Under the pieces are notes generated by a model. The model did no database searches. It was not told where the DNA came from and worked only from the letters and a program-made list of their open reading frames with translations. Below are positions 13,901 through 27,000 of a stretch of DNA of 64,000 bases, one piece after another. This stretch comes from Yuukianura sp. NJ FZ-2021 (Eukaryota), in contig CM102285.1 of assembly GCA_046563655.1 (NCBI GenBank), positions 8,060,001-8,124,000 of the forward strand, given 5' to 3'. A program made the position numbers and the translations under genes. The stretch's first letter is position 1. Each line of letters starts with the position of its first letter.

Positions 13901-15271
13901 ACAAGATCATTGGCGGATCGTATCAACGACATTCCGCACTTGAACTTTCTATACCCGGATATTCCAAAATTCAAGGCATTCAGCAAGTACTACACGCCGC
14001 TGCCAGATTCACAGCCTACAAATACAAAGGGATATGTTAAGCCCGTGCTGCGAACCACGATTCCAGGGTATGCGCTTTTATCATTTTTAATTTATTACCC
14101 CGTCAATACACGAAAATATTTAAATATTTAACTAAATTGAATTATAATGAAAATTAACTCTACAGAATGCCAGACCAAGGTTACAGTCAACCGAGTACAC
14201 CCCAAACTTATTATGCTCCAAGTCCAGATGCATCAAGCATCCACTCTCAACAAGAAATTAACTGTCCAAGGTAAATATCCTTCCTTTTAAATTGTGATGG
14301 ATTGCACTCCTTCACCCTAATTTAGCACAGCAGTGGATAGTGGAAACTATTACAATGACAATTGAAATTGCGAGATTTGAGTTTGCATTCCCCAATCTTG
14401 CAGTTGTAAAAACTAAAGTACCAAAACCAAAGTTTCTACGTTTTGACATTTTACCATGAACAAATTACCGGCGAGCTTAAAATCTACGTCCTCCATTTTT
14501 AACTCCGTTTTTATTTCCCTTTTCGCCGTCTCGCCAAACAAAATCTCATTTTATCACGAATTGAAAAGTCATTTTAGAATATAAAAGGAGAAAACATTTG
14601 GTCCAAATGTTTTGAAATGAATTTTTAAACTGGAGATTTCAACAGAGTTATATTTGTGTTTGAATAGGATAGAATGCTCTTGTGATCATGTTTTTGATGT
14701 CGTATTTGTGGTGTTCACGTGTTCCTATTTTTTCTTGGAAAGTAAATTATATTTACTCTTTTTGTTTACGTAAAGTTATATAAACTTAATGCCAATTTAC
14801 GACCTTTATTTCACTGGAACAATGAAATAAAAAAGTGTTGCATGTAGTTAAACATAAACACTGGCGGAAAAAGAGGCTGTGAAATGGAGTGTTAATTTGT
14901 CTAAAGATCATTCTATTCTATCCTATTCAAGTACCGAATCTAACGCATTGGCTGAAATTTTGAAATTGGGAATATTGAGTAGAGATGCTTGAGAGTATTG
15001 TTAGAATTCACGTTTTCGTAGATTTTAGATCACTCAAATGATTTATTAGACAAATTAACATGAAGTTTCACCATGGTTTTTGTTTTATTTTTTCATGACC
15101 TCTAGTGACCCTCCACACCTTATGGATATTCTGTCAATGTTTGACAATGATAATGATGAGATGGCCCTGGATCAGTTTGACATTGACCTCAACTTTAGCA
15201 TTGACAACTACATTTCAGACGGATCAGTTATTGGAGGAGGATTCAAGTCAGAATCAAACACGAATTTGTAA
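10986..15271 (+). CDS. Stat92E: STAT5-like signal transducer and activator of transcription, multi-exon
   Basis: [28 protein letters not shown]-domain; [11 protein letters not shown] coiled coil; [33 protein letters not shown]-binding domain; SH2 [14 protein letters not shown]; phospho-Tyr motif GYVKP; acidic last exon ending NTNL* (last-exon join less certain). Confidence 0.95.
14660..14930. repeat. ~270-bp segment bounded by a perfect 16-bp inverted repeat in the last STAT intron (possible MITE remnant)
   Basis: TTGAATAGGATAGAAT at 14660-14675 and its reverse complement at 14915-14930; no clear TSD. Confidence 0.4.
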
Positions 15272-16506
15272 GAAATCGAAGCAAGTCTTAATTGTGGTGC
15301 TGTCTTCGTAGTTGATTTTTAGTAGAATTCTTATAAGGTCTCAATCATAATTTAGACAACACGGGACAAAAGTGCTTAAATCAATTTTACGGAATGTTAA
15401 ACAGAGATTTTATTTGATTTTTATGATTCAACAAAAAGAGGAGAATGAGGAATATAAAGTTGGTAATTGTGCAAAGCTAGTTAAATTCAGGAATATCTAA
15501 ATGAACAAGTCCAATTTTGATTGCCTTTTGTGTTTTTCGGTCAAAGACTTTAAAACAAACTTGAAATATAAATATTTAGTTTAGCTAAAAATTGCTGCGG
15601 AGTTGGAAAATTTTGGTGACTTTTTTATTACCTTTGAAAATCATGACATCAAAATCGGTTGCTTTGATTTTCGGCCCTAACAATACTTAGAATTTATGAC
15701 AAATCGAATCCGTCTGATTTGTCCTTCAGGTTCGTTAGGTTAACCTAACCAATCCTAATGTAAAATGAAACCATGTAGCTAGTGTTCGGGAATTTGGACG
15801 GCGGTATGGAAAAAGCTACCAATCCTCAGAATTGTGATGCTTAACCAAACCTTAACCTATGCTTCTGAGAAGTATCTAGTTAGTAGTTGATCCGGTTGAA
15901 CCGTTGATCCAGTAACAAGTTTTCATAAATACTGAGGAAGAATATTCAGGTTTATCCCAGAATTCACTTTCATTCATTTTACATTAATGGCTTTTTGCTT
16001 GCATCTTATTGAATAACACGACATGTTTAGGGTCGATGGTGTGCTATTTTATTCTTTTTTAAAAGCACGTTTAAAAATTGCGAAAACTAAAATCCGAATG
16101 TCAACACTAATTCCATTCTATTAGGCAAATCATCATTGGAAGTCTCAATCGCTGGCAAGTTCGAAAAATTTACAAACGAAGAAGTCCGAATACTGCTAAG
16201 AAATTGGTCTGTTATGAATCCATATCCTTAGACGAACTTCTAGGGCATAAACTTATGGCTTTACAAATTCCCAAATACCCTAGCTAGATCAGTCAGAACC
16301 TCAATAAATTCCTAATTACTAATTAAATTACTAATGTGAAAATTCACAACTATCATATTGCCAAAAACTTAAAAGCAGCATCTCTCAAGACCTTATTCCA
16401 TTACTGAGATCATCATAACTATCATGAAGCCTCTCCTGAATTTCGATACCAAAACTTTTGGTCCAACAGTTTACAGTTTGGAGCTTGATTTGATTGATTT
16501 AGAATG

Positions 16507-16670
16507 AAGGGGACAGCGCGAACGCAGTCCCCCGCTCTCAAAAATTACGCACCCGAGTTACACACGTTTGGTGTAATCGCAGGAGTCAATCCCACCGTAG
16601 TGCAATGGTGAGACCTCGTCCTGGGAGAACGGCCTTCCTGATCACCGTACCTCCTGTGCCAGGTAAGTAC
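16507..16670 (-). ncRNA. U1: U1 spliceosomal snRNA
   Basis: Minus strand reads GTACTTACCTGG (5' splice-site pairing end), loop I GATCAGGAAG, loop II ATTGCAC (U1A site), Sm site AATTTTTG, stem-loop IV GGGGACTGCG-TTCG-CGCTGTCCCC; about 164 nt; stems I-III pair. Confidence 0.96.
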
Positions 16671-17198
16671 CGAACCACACTATCTCCTCCAAAACTAACC
16701 ACTTACATGCAAAACACACACTCAACCATACACGAACTTAACCATTTTATACTTCACACGCACTGCAGAACAGCAAACACTCACTGGAAAACAATACTCT
16801 GACCTATTGTACATGATTTGAGAAATAGATTAATGTAGAAAAGTATCACCTAAGGCGGATAATTACAGATTAGCAAATCATTTCAATCCGGTTCACTTCT
16901 TCATTTCACTACCAATGAGTGGCTGCGCATCTCTGCTAGGACGAACCGAGCCCCAGCCGACAGGCCGTTCCCTCAGTGCGGGCTTTGAAAAGAAAGTTTG
17001 ACACAAACGCTGAAGTGGCGAGAAGCGTTTTTTAACTTACTAAATGCGATGCAAAACTAAATCATTGAGAAAAGAGTACTATGTGATGTAAGAGTTTGAT
17101 TGTGCAAATAAAAAAACACGGTTTACTCACTGTAATAATGTCAACTCTTGTATTATTATCATTAATTACATTAGAAATGATCTACAAAGAGAAATGGT

Positions 17199-18964
17199 CT
17201 AACGACTCTGGTCAAATGTAATTGATGGCTGCTCGTAATTGTGCATCGTGGGATCAAATATGTCGTCTGGCAGGGGCTCAGAAGCTTCATCTGGGTAATA
17301 TGTCGGGAACGGAGCAGTTGTTGGTCTAGCAAAACAAAAATCAGTTAATTATTTTCTTGTCCCCAACACACACCAGCAAAAAGTAAGAAATATGCAACTT
17401 TCATTACTTTCCATGCGTTGGAATTCTAGTGTCGCGGATGGATACAAAAGAATTAATTTCACCAGGAATATTCGGTCCTTTGACGTAGATCACGTTGTAC
17501 TTGGTGTTAATTCTCATAATCTGTTTACATAGAAGGAGTATTTTAGTCGAGGTTATGATTTACGTTTGAAACTGGCAAAAAGTGAATACTAACCTTAAAT
17601 GCACGCATAACGACTTGTTGCGCACCCATATGTCCAGGCAATTTGGTTCCAGGCCAAACACGGCCCTTTTCACCTCCACCTCCAGTGTTTCCACCTCGTC
17701 TGTGAGATTTTGTACATCCGTGAGTTGCCCGGTTACCGTGAAATCCCCACCGCTTCATTACACCTTGAAATCCGCGATCAATTCTATGTACAAATCAAAG
17801 TATTAAATTGATGATGGGTAAGATATAGGATATAGTATAGATATAGTATAGGATAAGACTCAGAATTTCAAGCCTCACGTCTTTCCCACGATGTCAACAT
17901 GCTGCCCCACTTGGAAATGAGTGGCGTAGAGCGGTGTACCAGGCGGTAGTGCAGCTTCCGGTGTTATTTGAAATCTACTCAGCTTTATTTTGGGCATAAC
18001 TCCAGAGTCCCGAAACAGCCCGCAATATTCTTTGGTAAAACGCTGAGGATCAGTGCTCTCTGCCCCCACAAGGAGAATTCCCAGACGACCAAACCTTGTT
18101 CCGTAGTTTCTTTGACACTCCGCTGGAGACAAATATTTGACGACGTGATTGTCAACGACCTTAGGCAACAGAATTAACAAAAAAAGTTTAAGCAATTGAC
18201 GAGAAATTAAAACAGTTAAATATACCAGTTTTTTTTTTACAGCGTATATACCTGTAGTAAAGTAGTGAGAACTTGATAGCCTTCCTTTGACCACATTGGA
18301 TACACTCCAATTTTCCTGGCAATTACTCCAGTTCGGATTGACCGTTCTTGCCATTCACCTCTTGGTTTGACAATTTCTTTTAGTGGACTAACAAATGGCA
18401 TGCCATTACTCTCTGGTACAGCCGGTGGCCCGTATTGATCGAGGATAACTTTCCCTATGAATTCTTTGTTTTCTGCAGTTAAATTCTCATCATGTCGCTG
18501 AAATTGAAAACAAAGACATCATGGTTTGGTTCTCTGATGATTTCTCAACTTCTTTAGTGTTTGCAAACAAGTAATAATGATTTTGACGAGGCAAACAAAC
18601 TTTAAGTGCATAGTATGGCGAAACCGGTGTTTGAATTTGTAATAATCGACGAAGACAAAAGGACGAACACGAACCTCTCGTTTCTTTTGCGGCCAAATCG
18701 AGCGAGGATGGGTATGACGCGTCTTGACTCTCGACATTTGCCGTGTACTGGTCTGCATCAGAGTTTGCCTAAAACATTTATTTGAGTTAGGTAACATTAC
18801 AATTTTGTGTTTCAGTTATGAATAATCAAGTCTGTACACTAAACGAGTTATTATATAGATAGTTGCAGTTCCAATGCGGCTGAAATTCAGCCGATCCCGA
18901 ATGTTTGAATATCAAAGTAAAAAATTTACCCCAATCCAAAGGTCAGTCCTAAGCGAAGAATCAT
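17199..18964 (-). CDS. mRpL3: Mitochondrial ribosomal protein L3 (uL3m), multi-exon
   Basis: [96 protein letters not shown]; stop TAG at 17199-17201. Confidence 0.94.
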
Positions 18965-19299
18965 TGTTCGGCAGTTGTTTTGACTTCTGAACTTACAAAC
19001 GAAAAAAACTAAAAGGAGATGAGATGCTTGATTCCAGAATCCAGAGTAATTCTGGTAAACGAAGTTTGATGTAGAACTACAGAATGCAGATTTTTAAGAT
19101 TAAATCCAACGTCCAACCAAAAACATCACAGAACAACGAAAAACCCGGCAGCAAGATACGAATTAGTATGAAAGAAAATGAAAAAGCGCCAAAAACTAAC
19201 GATTCTATTTCCGATTCCAATCAACTAATTTATGAATTTTTGTTTACAGTTACGTTACGTTACATCCCCTTTTGCATTTTGCATTTACCGCTTAACGAA

Positions 19300-20036
19300 C
19301 ACTCTGCCAAAGTCGCTATAGAATGCAACCCGGTCTCAAGCTGAATGGCCGCAGCATTCCGAGTCTAGGTCTTCTTCTGTAGCGACTCCTGTGACTTAGT
19401 CGCAGTCACAGGAGACCCAGCTATATAGTTTTTCGGGGTTGGGAGCGGGACGTGTTTCCCACCACCGAGAAAGATGCTGTTTCCTTTCTTTTAATCGATA
19501 GAAAACGTAATTTTGTAACTTTTTCATCGATGGGTTTTCCGTCCTTAACCGCGTGGCCTGAGATATTAAAGTTTTCATTTTCAAACCCTAATTTCGATGT
19601 TACCAAAAGGCTTTTTAGGTGAATTTGATATCAGTCGATGCCAAATTTTGTCTAGTTTTAAAACAGTAATTAGTTTTGGAAATATTTAAAGAAAATTCTA
19701 GTCCAATTGACAAAGTCGCAGCGGGGTCTCCATCGGGGTCTTCGGGGCCCATCCTGTATACAGGTTAAACACATACAGATTAAACAAAAATAGCCACAGC
19801 TAGGGTCAACTCATGGAAAACACACGGGAATTATAGGCAACACTGCGAAAAGCAATTTCTGAGCCCGGGTCGCTCGCTGCTAGCAGCGGCCCGGCTGTGC
19901 TTTTCAGTAGTTGTCACAAGAAGGGTCTGACACTGGTCGTTTGTAGGATAGACCGGGCCGCCTCCTCTAGAGACCAAGGGTCGCTATAGCCACAGCCGGC
20001 GACTAGGATTTTTCCGCAGGGGACTTTGGCAGACTG
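19300..20036. mobile_element. Putative non-autonomous DNA transposon (MITE) in the mRpL3/SNF2 intergenic region
   Basis: 15-bp inverted repeats CA(C/G)TCTGCCAAAGTC at 19300-19314 and 20022-20036 (14/15 match), flanks ACGAA/ACTAA (4/5 possible TSD), recurring GTCGCTATAG motif and GC-rich hairpins near both ends. Confidence 0.45.
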
Positions 20037-20100
20037 ACTAAGATATTTTACGGGCGGTGTACGGCTTTCGCGCCAGTACATTTGTTTGCCATGTAGCAGA

Positions 20101-20112
20101 TGCGCACGCGCA
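20101..20112. promoter_or_regulatory. NRF-1/Erect-wing consensus site
   Basis: TGCGCACGCGCA matches YGCGCAYGCGCR, between divergently transcribed mRpL3 and SNF2 genes; a near match CGCGCACGCGCT lies at 21381-21392. Confidence 0.4.
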
Positions 20113-21005
20113 GGTTTTATTAAATTTAGGCGAACAGTCAACATTGCATCCATTTAACTTGGCTGAACAATAATCTAACTACAAAACATCATCACTCACA
20201 TTTTTGTAACCACGGATGCTTACAATTCTTAGACGTGGTTGCGTTGCGACTACTAGAGCATTCCCGTTTGGTTGGTGTTGACAAAAGACAAAATGGGGGC
20301 GGTAGGGCGGTTGTTACACTAATGCAACGTGATTACAAATGAGGTACGGATAGTTTACGTTAACACTATTTCAATTTTTGTTTTTAGATTACCTCTGATC
20401 GTTAGAAGAAAAAAAGTGAAGTTCAGTTTGTTTTTGCTAAAAACACATGTAAATGATGCATGTAAATGTTATTCTCTGCAGTTTTTAGTCCTTCCTTGTG
20501 CATTCAAATTTTTTTCACTGCACTTTTCGTAATGAACCTATATAGTAGCAGCCTTAAAATAAATATACCGTAATAAGTTTAGCTAGGGCAGGAACTAAAT
20601 GCTCTGATTTGGTCTGATTTTTATGATCGGCCTTGGAATCGGAGTCGTGGGGTCGTCACTTCTCAACTTTTCTTAGATTTGGATTTTAGATTCATCAAGC
20701 AAGCACCCGTAGTCCAGCGGTCTCCGTGTGGCTTCTGAAGTGCTGAAGTTCAACATTACATGATAACATCTTGGTCTTGGAGTGGATTGGTGATGGTTAA
20801 TGGTAAGCTAAAATTACCTATAGTAACTTAACTTTCATATGTCTCACAACTTTGAGTCACAAGCGCAAGCGTGAGCCTCATTGAAACAAGTAATTACAGT
20901 AGTTAACCGGAACGGAATTTATTAATTTAGTCAGCAGGAAGCGATTCTGAGCGGCTAGGAATTAGGTCAACCTAACCCACGTGTTGACTGATTTACTACG
21001 CAAAC

Positions 21006-24000
21006 ATGGACGAAAACGTCGATCAGCCCCAACGGCGATCTTACGTCGTGCTAGGACCTGTAACCGAATCAGAGCTGAAAACATTAAAGGAATTCTGGAA
21101 TAATAGACTTCAACAATTAAGGCGGAAGTCAACGGAAGACGATTGCCCCGAGCCAAATGAAGCTGGAAATACTCCCATAGTTGAAGCAGTTGGAAAAGTA
21201 AGAGAGTATAAACTGGTTGCGAAAGGTTGGATTTTACGAATCTAACGTTTTATTCGTTAGTTTCTCATTTTCATTCGCTAATCATTTTTTTTTGTTCCCC
21301 ATGAAAGATTTTCCTCAAGGGTAAACTGCGAACGTTTGCCTATAGAAAGAAAAGTTCCGGTTTTCAAAAAAACGTTAACTCGCGCACGCGCTTTTAAACC
21401 GTAGATTTTTGCTTGCTGAGATTCCGTGGAATCCTTGAATCCGAGTCCGCGCTTTATTTGTTTTAGAGTGACCCATTCCGTAGTTTTAACTGAAGTTGTA
21501 CATCACGACATGATTCCGTATGTTTTGTCATTGCTTTCAGGACAAAGTTGATTGTGCAGAGCCAGAGGAGGAGAGTGAACCCGGATCTCTTGAACCAGAA
21601 GAAATGGGTGATGACATTGATATGATACAAGACTCGGCAAAAGCAATCAGTGACGACGTTGCTGGTTTGCCATTGACGGAGGTGGGTGAGACTGACTCTG
21701 ATAATGACAGCTTTACAGATGTTCTTGACTTCTTAGATGACGTTCACGAAAGGTAAATGTAAAGAATTAGTCGAGCCCTGTTGAGTTTATAATAAGGATA
21801 GGTGAGTAATGGAAGATTCAAACCTATTGATTTATTTTTTAGGCTAACGAGAGCGTTAGAAGAGTTCGAAGCTTTCGAACGAGGGGAGTACGATGAAGTA
21901 CGCTTGAAAGAAATTAATGCTGCGTTGCAGGACGAATATGAACGAGAACAGGAAACAAAAGCAAGTGAAGATAACCTCCCCACTACCAGTAGCAGTAGTA
22001 AACTGCACCTAAATATTTCCATTGGTGGGTACGCTTCAAAATTGAACAACGGAGGACGAGAGGATCGGGAAGACGAAGCCGAGGATAATGAAATTGTCGA
22101 CGATAATGGGAAGCGAGACGGAAGTCCTGAGCCGAGCCTGTTTTTACGCAATTTTTTGCAGAAATTAACTGCGAATGGGCTTGAACTCACTGACGATGAA
22201 GAGGAGGAGTATGAACCCTATCCTGGAGATGACAACGCAAGTTGGTTACCACACACGTACAAAGTTGCAGACTTACCAGATGTGAGTGATACTTCTGGTG
22301 GCAAGGATTTCGAACTGGCAAGGATTGGCATGGGTTTGCCAGCATTTGATCAAAATAGAGCAACGGACGGGTTCTTTGATGATTACATTGTGTCTTCCGA
22401 TGGTTCGACGAGTGAGGAGGATCTGTCTGACTGTGATAACGAAAGCATTGGGAGCGAAGCATCTTCGGAGTCCAATTCTGCTGCTAAGCGTTTGAAGAGA
22501 TCAAGAGACGACGATCTACAACAAAAGGTAAGAATATTTCTCTGTAACGATACTACTTACGTTCACACGATTGGCTTACTGGCTATATATTTTATGCTAT
22601 CGGATGTTTATTTTCTATTTTTTTTTGTGAAACTACCGAGAAGTCTGAGAGTAAACAACGTAATCCGTCTGTGGATAATGAAGTCGTATTCGTATCCGAA
22701 TTCAAAAAGATCGATAGATCTCTTCGCTTGAATTTGACTCAAATGGAAATGGAAACTGAAAACCATAACTCTTCTGTCGCCTCTCCTGACATACAACTTC
22801 AACTGAATAACTCTGCAGTAATGTCGCCAGCTAGTACAAACCCAACGGATAATTTATCTAATCACAGCTCCAGTGGCTCTGATACAGTGGTCAACGCGCC
22901 TCCAGTGATTGTCATTGACGATGATGCTGAAGCTGAGGACAAGGACGACTCAACTCAAGTTAGGTGAGATCTATACTTAATTTGCCTCAATTTGATGCTA
23001 TTTTGATTTTCGTGGCAAATTTCACAGAAAATTGGCCATAATAATATGTTGGCCTTAAATGGTTTTATTGCCGTTGGCAATAAAAACCAATTATGGCCAA
23101 TATATGGCCAGTACACAAAGATCGCATTTTAATTCGATTTTGAATTTAAATTAAAAAAGCGTGCTAATTTATTAGTTTAAAAAAAATTCTGGTAATTCAA
23201 ATATAAATAACCTTGTGAGTATCTAATGTACTGACACATCATAAATGTATTACAATTTGGTTCTTTTGGCACTCGGTTTAATTGTTCTGGTGTGTTCCGT
23301 TGCTTGATTCTAGGAGCGAAGATACAACCAAAATCGAACGTGAGATTCGAAGGACGGAGAAAGAGAAGAGGCGTTTCGAGCAGCCAAGGAAATCGCCATT
23401 ATCATGTCACAGCTCATCAGGGGAGCATTCAGAATCAGACACAGTTTGTATTCCTTTGCGTTCAGAAAACCCTGGTTCTGATTTTAAAGAAATAATATTG
23501 GACGATGAAGATGATGAAGATATTCAAGATGTGAAGGATGACAATGAAATCCAGTTTGTGGAGAAGGTGAAAACATCGCGTCCCGCTGAAACGTTTAAAA
23601 GAAAAGGATACTTGGAAGAAGTTATAGAGATCTTGGATACTTCATCATCAGATGACTCAACTGGGTCCAGCTCTGATAACAGTTCGAGCACTGAGCCTAT
23701 GTATCCTCGCCCTCCAAAGATTAGGAAGACTCAATTCGGATCGGATGCTTCGTCATCGGAGCAGTCTAATCATGCTACACCAAACGCCTCAAATAGTAAA
23801 GATAACGGATTTCAGAATCAAGCAAAAGCGCTCTCAATTCCTTCGAGAATGTCTTTGTACGTGCAAAACTCAAGAAAGAGGACTTCATCGGAGTCGTCGG
23901 AAGAATTTTTTGAGGATTCTAAAAGCATCGTTGTAGATCCCAGTACCAAAAAGTATAGAAGGAAAAAGATTCGACCTATCAGAGATGTGAAAAATCCACA

Positions 24001-27000
24001 GTTAATGGCCTTCGCTGAGCGATCTAAGGAAGCAGAGGAAGAATCTCAAAAGGTAAAAATAGAGTTCCGTGTTACAATTACTGCTTTCATCGTTGTATTT
24101 GTATTGTTATTGTACAATTTATTATTGCTTAAATGGAATTGAATTTGATAACCACTGTTTTTCTCATTTTTAGTTGCAAGAAATCAATACGGAGTCCTCA
24201 CGATTGATACTATGTGTCGATCCATTGATTGAAATCGACCGTTCGATTGCATGTAAGCTTAAACCTCATCAACGGGAAGGAATTCAGTTTCTCTGGACAC
24301 TGTGCATTTGCACGGTTGAGAAGGCGCTGGAACCTGGCAGCGGTGGAATACTATCTCATTGCATGGGTCTCGGAAAAACAGTCCAGGTGAGGCTGGACTC
24401 TGCAGCGTAATTGTTCATCAATGGGTTTGATTTTTATAATTTTTGAAACTTTGTTACTTTAGGCGCTCGCATTTCTTCAAGTGCTTCTGACTAATCCCAT
24501 TCTTGGAATCAAGCATTGTCTGGTCCTTTGTCCCCTGAGTGTAGTACAGAACTGGGAATCGGAGACGAAAGTCTGGTTTGCAAACCTCGCAAACAAAGTC
24601 AATTTTTTCAACATTTCCGAAATTTCTGATGATCTCGGCAAGCTGGAAGCGATCAAGAACTATCGGGAAAAGGGAGGGATTGCTTTAGTCCACTATGAAT
24701 TGTTCCGGCGTCTTGTACTAGACTGTCAAAACGATGGGAAAGAAGCCTCGGATAGTTGCACTGATGAATTACCGTCGGGGTCAGAGAGCACAAACAATCC
24801 AGCGCCCCAGACACGAGCTGTTCGGCCTTCTTCTTCCGTTCGCATAGAACTTAAGGCGGTAGCCAAGGACGTTTTAATGAATCCAGATATCCTTGTGTGT
24901 GACGAAGGCCATTCACTGAAGAATGGAAACGCTATACTTCCTCGGATCATTAAACGAATTCCAACTAGACGCAAGATTATACTCACGGGCACTCCAATGC
25001 AAAACAACCTCAAGGAATACTACTATATAATTGATTTAGTTCAGGTTACTAATTAATTTATAATTGTTAATATATTTTATGAATTGCAACTTTTAATTTT
25101 ATCTGTATCTGGTTTTCATTACTTCCTAGCCTGGCATTTTGGGAGAGCTGAGCCTTTTTGCAAACAACTTTATCAATCCCATCGCCAATGGTCAACACAT
25201 CGACTCAAATAAGGACGACATCGATCTATCAAGGAGGAGGGAATATGTGTTGTGGGATATAACCAACAAATTTATTCATCGCAAATTTGAAATTCTTCGG
25301 GATTTCATTCCACCCAAATCCGATTTCGGAATTTTTTTGAACCTCAACGATCTGCAGAGACGGCTATACAACCGGTATCTGGGAACGTTTGATGAACGTT
25401 TGGAAAAGCAGCAGCTAGTAACACCCGATGCACCTGAAACGGAACTTCGGAGGAAGTTACTGTTCGAGGCCTATCAAGTCACTCAAAAATTATGCTGTCA
25501 CCCTCTCCTCCTGTTCAAGGAGTTTTCGGTAATGTTTTCACAACTACTGAAAAACGTGAAATGTAGTTCAGGGCTAAAATAACATTAATCTGGATCTTAT
25601 TGTTTGTATTGTAGAGATCTGGCAAAAATGCTACTTTGAAGATAACGACCAAGCCAACACACGGAACAACATTGACTGGCGAAGGACATGTACCTACCAG
25701 TTGTTGGTTTGATTCCTTGATTGAGCACAAGGATAGAGAACTCATTAGCTGTGATCTAAACATGTCGCCGAAGATGATTGCTCTGAAAGAAATCGTGCAA
25801 AGTGTAATTCGTCGAGGGGAGAAGATATTAATCTTTTCACGCTTCCGCTACGTTTTGGATTTGATTCAATATTTCATCGGCCTTGATGCCTTTGGCTGGG
25901 GTACCTTAATCCTAGGACAAGATTACTATCGAATTGATGGGCGGACGCCTAGTAAAGACAGGCATAAGTTTTGCTGTGACTTCAACATGTCGACTAGGTG
26001 AGCTATTTCAAAATCGAACTAAGTTTGTTTCTTATTCTGTTATTTTTTTTAGTTAGTCTTTGAGTATCCTGTTTACAATTTGACGAGATTTTGTTCCTTT
26101 TTTCAGAGCCAAACTGCTCCTAATTACAATTAAGACTGGGGGTTTAGGAGTGAACTTGCAGTCAGCGAATCGTGTGATAATGCTTGATGTTAGCATGAAT
26201 CCTTCAGATGACGAGCAAAGCATCTTCCGAGTCTACCGTCTGGGGCAAGAGAAGGAATGTTTCATCTATCGCCTTATATGTCGCGGAGGAATGGAAGAAA
26301 AGAACTACAACCGGGCTTTGGTCAAATTGGCGGTTGGTCGTCGGATTGTGGACACGAAACACAGTAGTCGTCTCGTAAAACTGACGAACACTGCCAATAT
26401 GTACGAATTCAACCCTGAGTCAGTGCCAGTGGGTGCACTGGACACCAATGAAGTCGGAGACCCAGTGTTTCAGGATATGTTGCGAAATTGTAATGTTGTG
26501 GCATCCGTTGTGGAGCACCAGTCTCTTCTGGAGGACGTAAGTCAATACTTTCTCAAATTATGTATTACATAATGTGTTATTACTCAATGTGCCTATTTTT
26601 TGTATAGAATATTACGGAACATCTTGATGAGGAGCAGAAGGAAGTGGCGAGACTGGAAGAGGGGATCCTGGCCCAGGCTCAAGTTGAGGCGGAAGTAAGG
26701 AAGAGAGAGCGTCGTAAGAAAGTGCCACTGCTACATACTAGTTCCCAACCCCAGACGCAACAAAAACTAAGTCCTGCAAAAGTCAGGCAGCCTCATTCCA
26801 GCGACGTTAACAACATCTTCGACTTCCACGAATCTTCATCATCTCCACCAGGTAATCGGCATTAGCACGATTTTACATTAATCATAACGTGGTTCTTGGT
26901 AGTTTTGTTTAATCAATTGCCGTTTAATTTTAGCAAACTATATACGTCCAACAGGAGCCTCTCCACGCCAGGAGTCTTCGCCGTCTGTGACGAGAACGGA

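Noticed and set aside
15725..15860. TTAGG/CCTAA-like words as telomerase template or interstitial telomere
   Set aside because: Only scattered, non-tandem copies; no supporting structure or promoter.
16605..16802. 65-aa plus-strand ORF with a perfect CAG/GTAAGT donor
   Set aside because: This is the reverse complement of the U1 5' end, not a coding exon.
16915..17035. 7SK, U11 or ribozyme identity for the GC island
   Set aside because: No GAUC motifs for 7SK, no AAAGGG 5' end or Sm site for U11, no complete hammerhead or HDV core.
19915..20040. RNase P/MRP-like words (GAAGGGTCTG..CAGACT; AAAGTCCCC on minus strand)
   Set aside because: Spacing too short, other conserved regions missing, and the words overlap the putative TIR.
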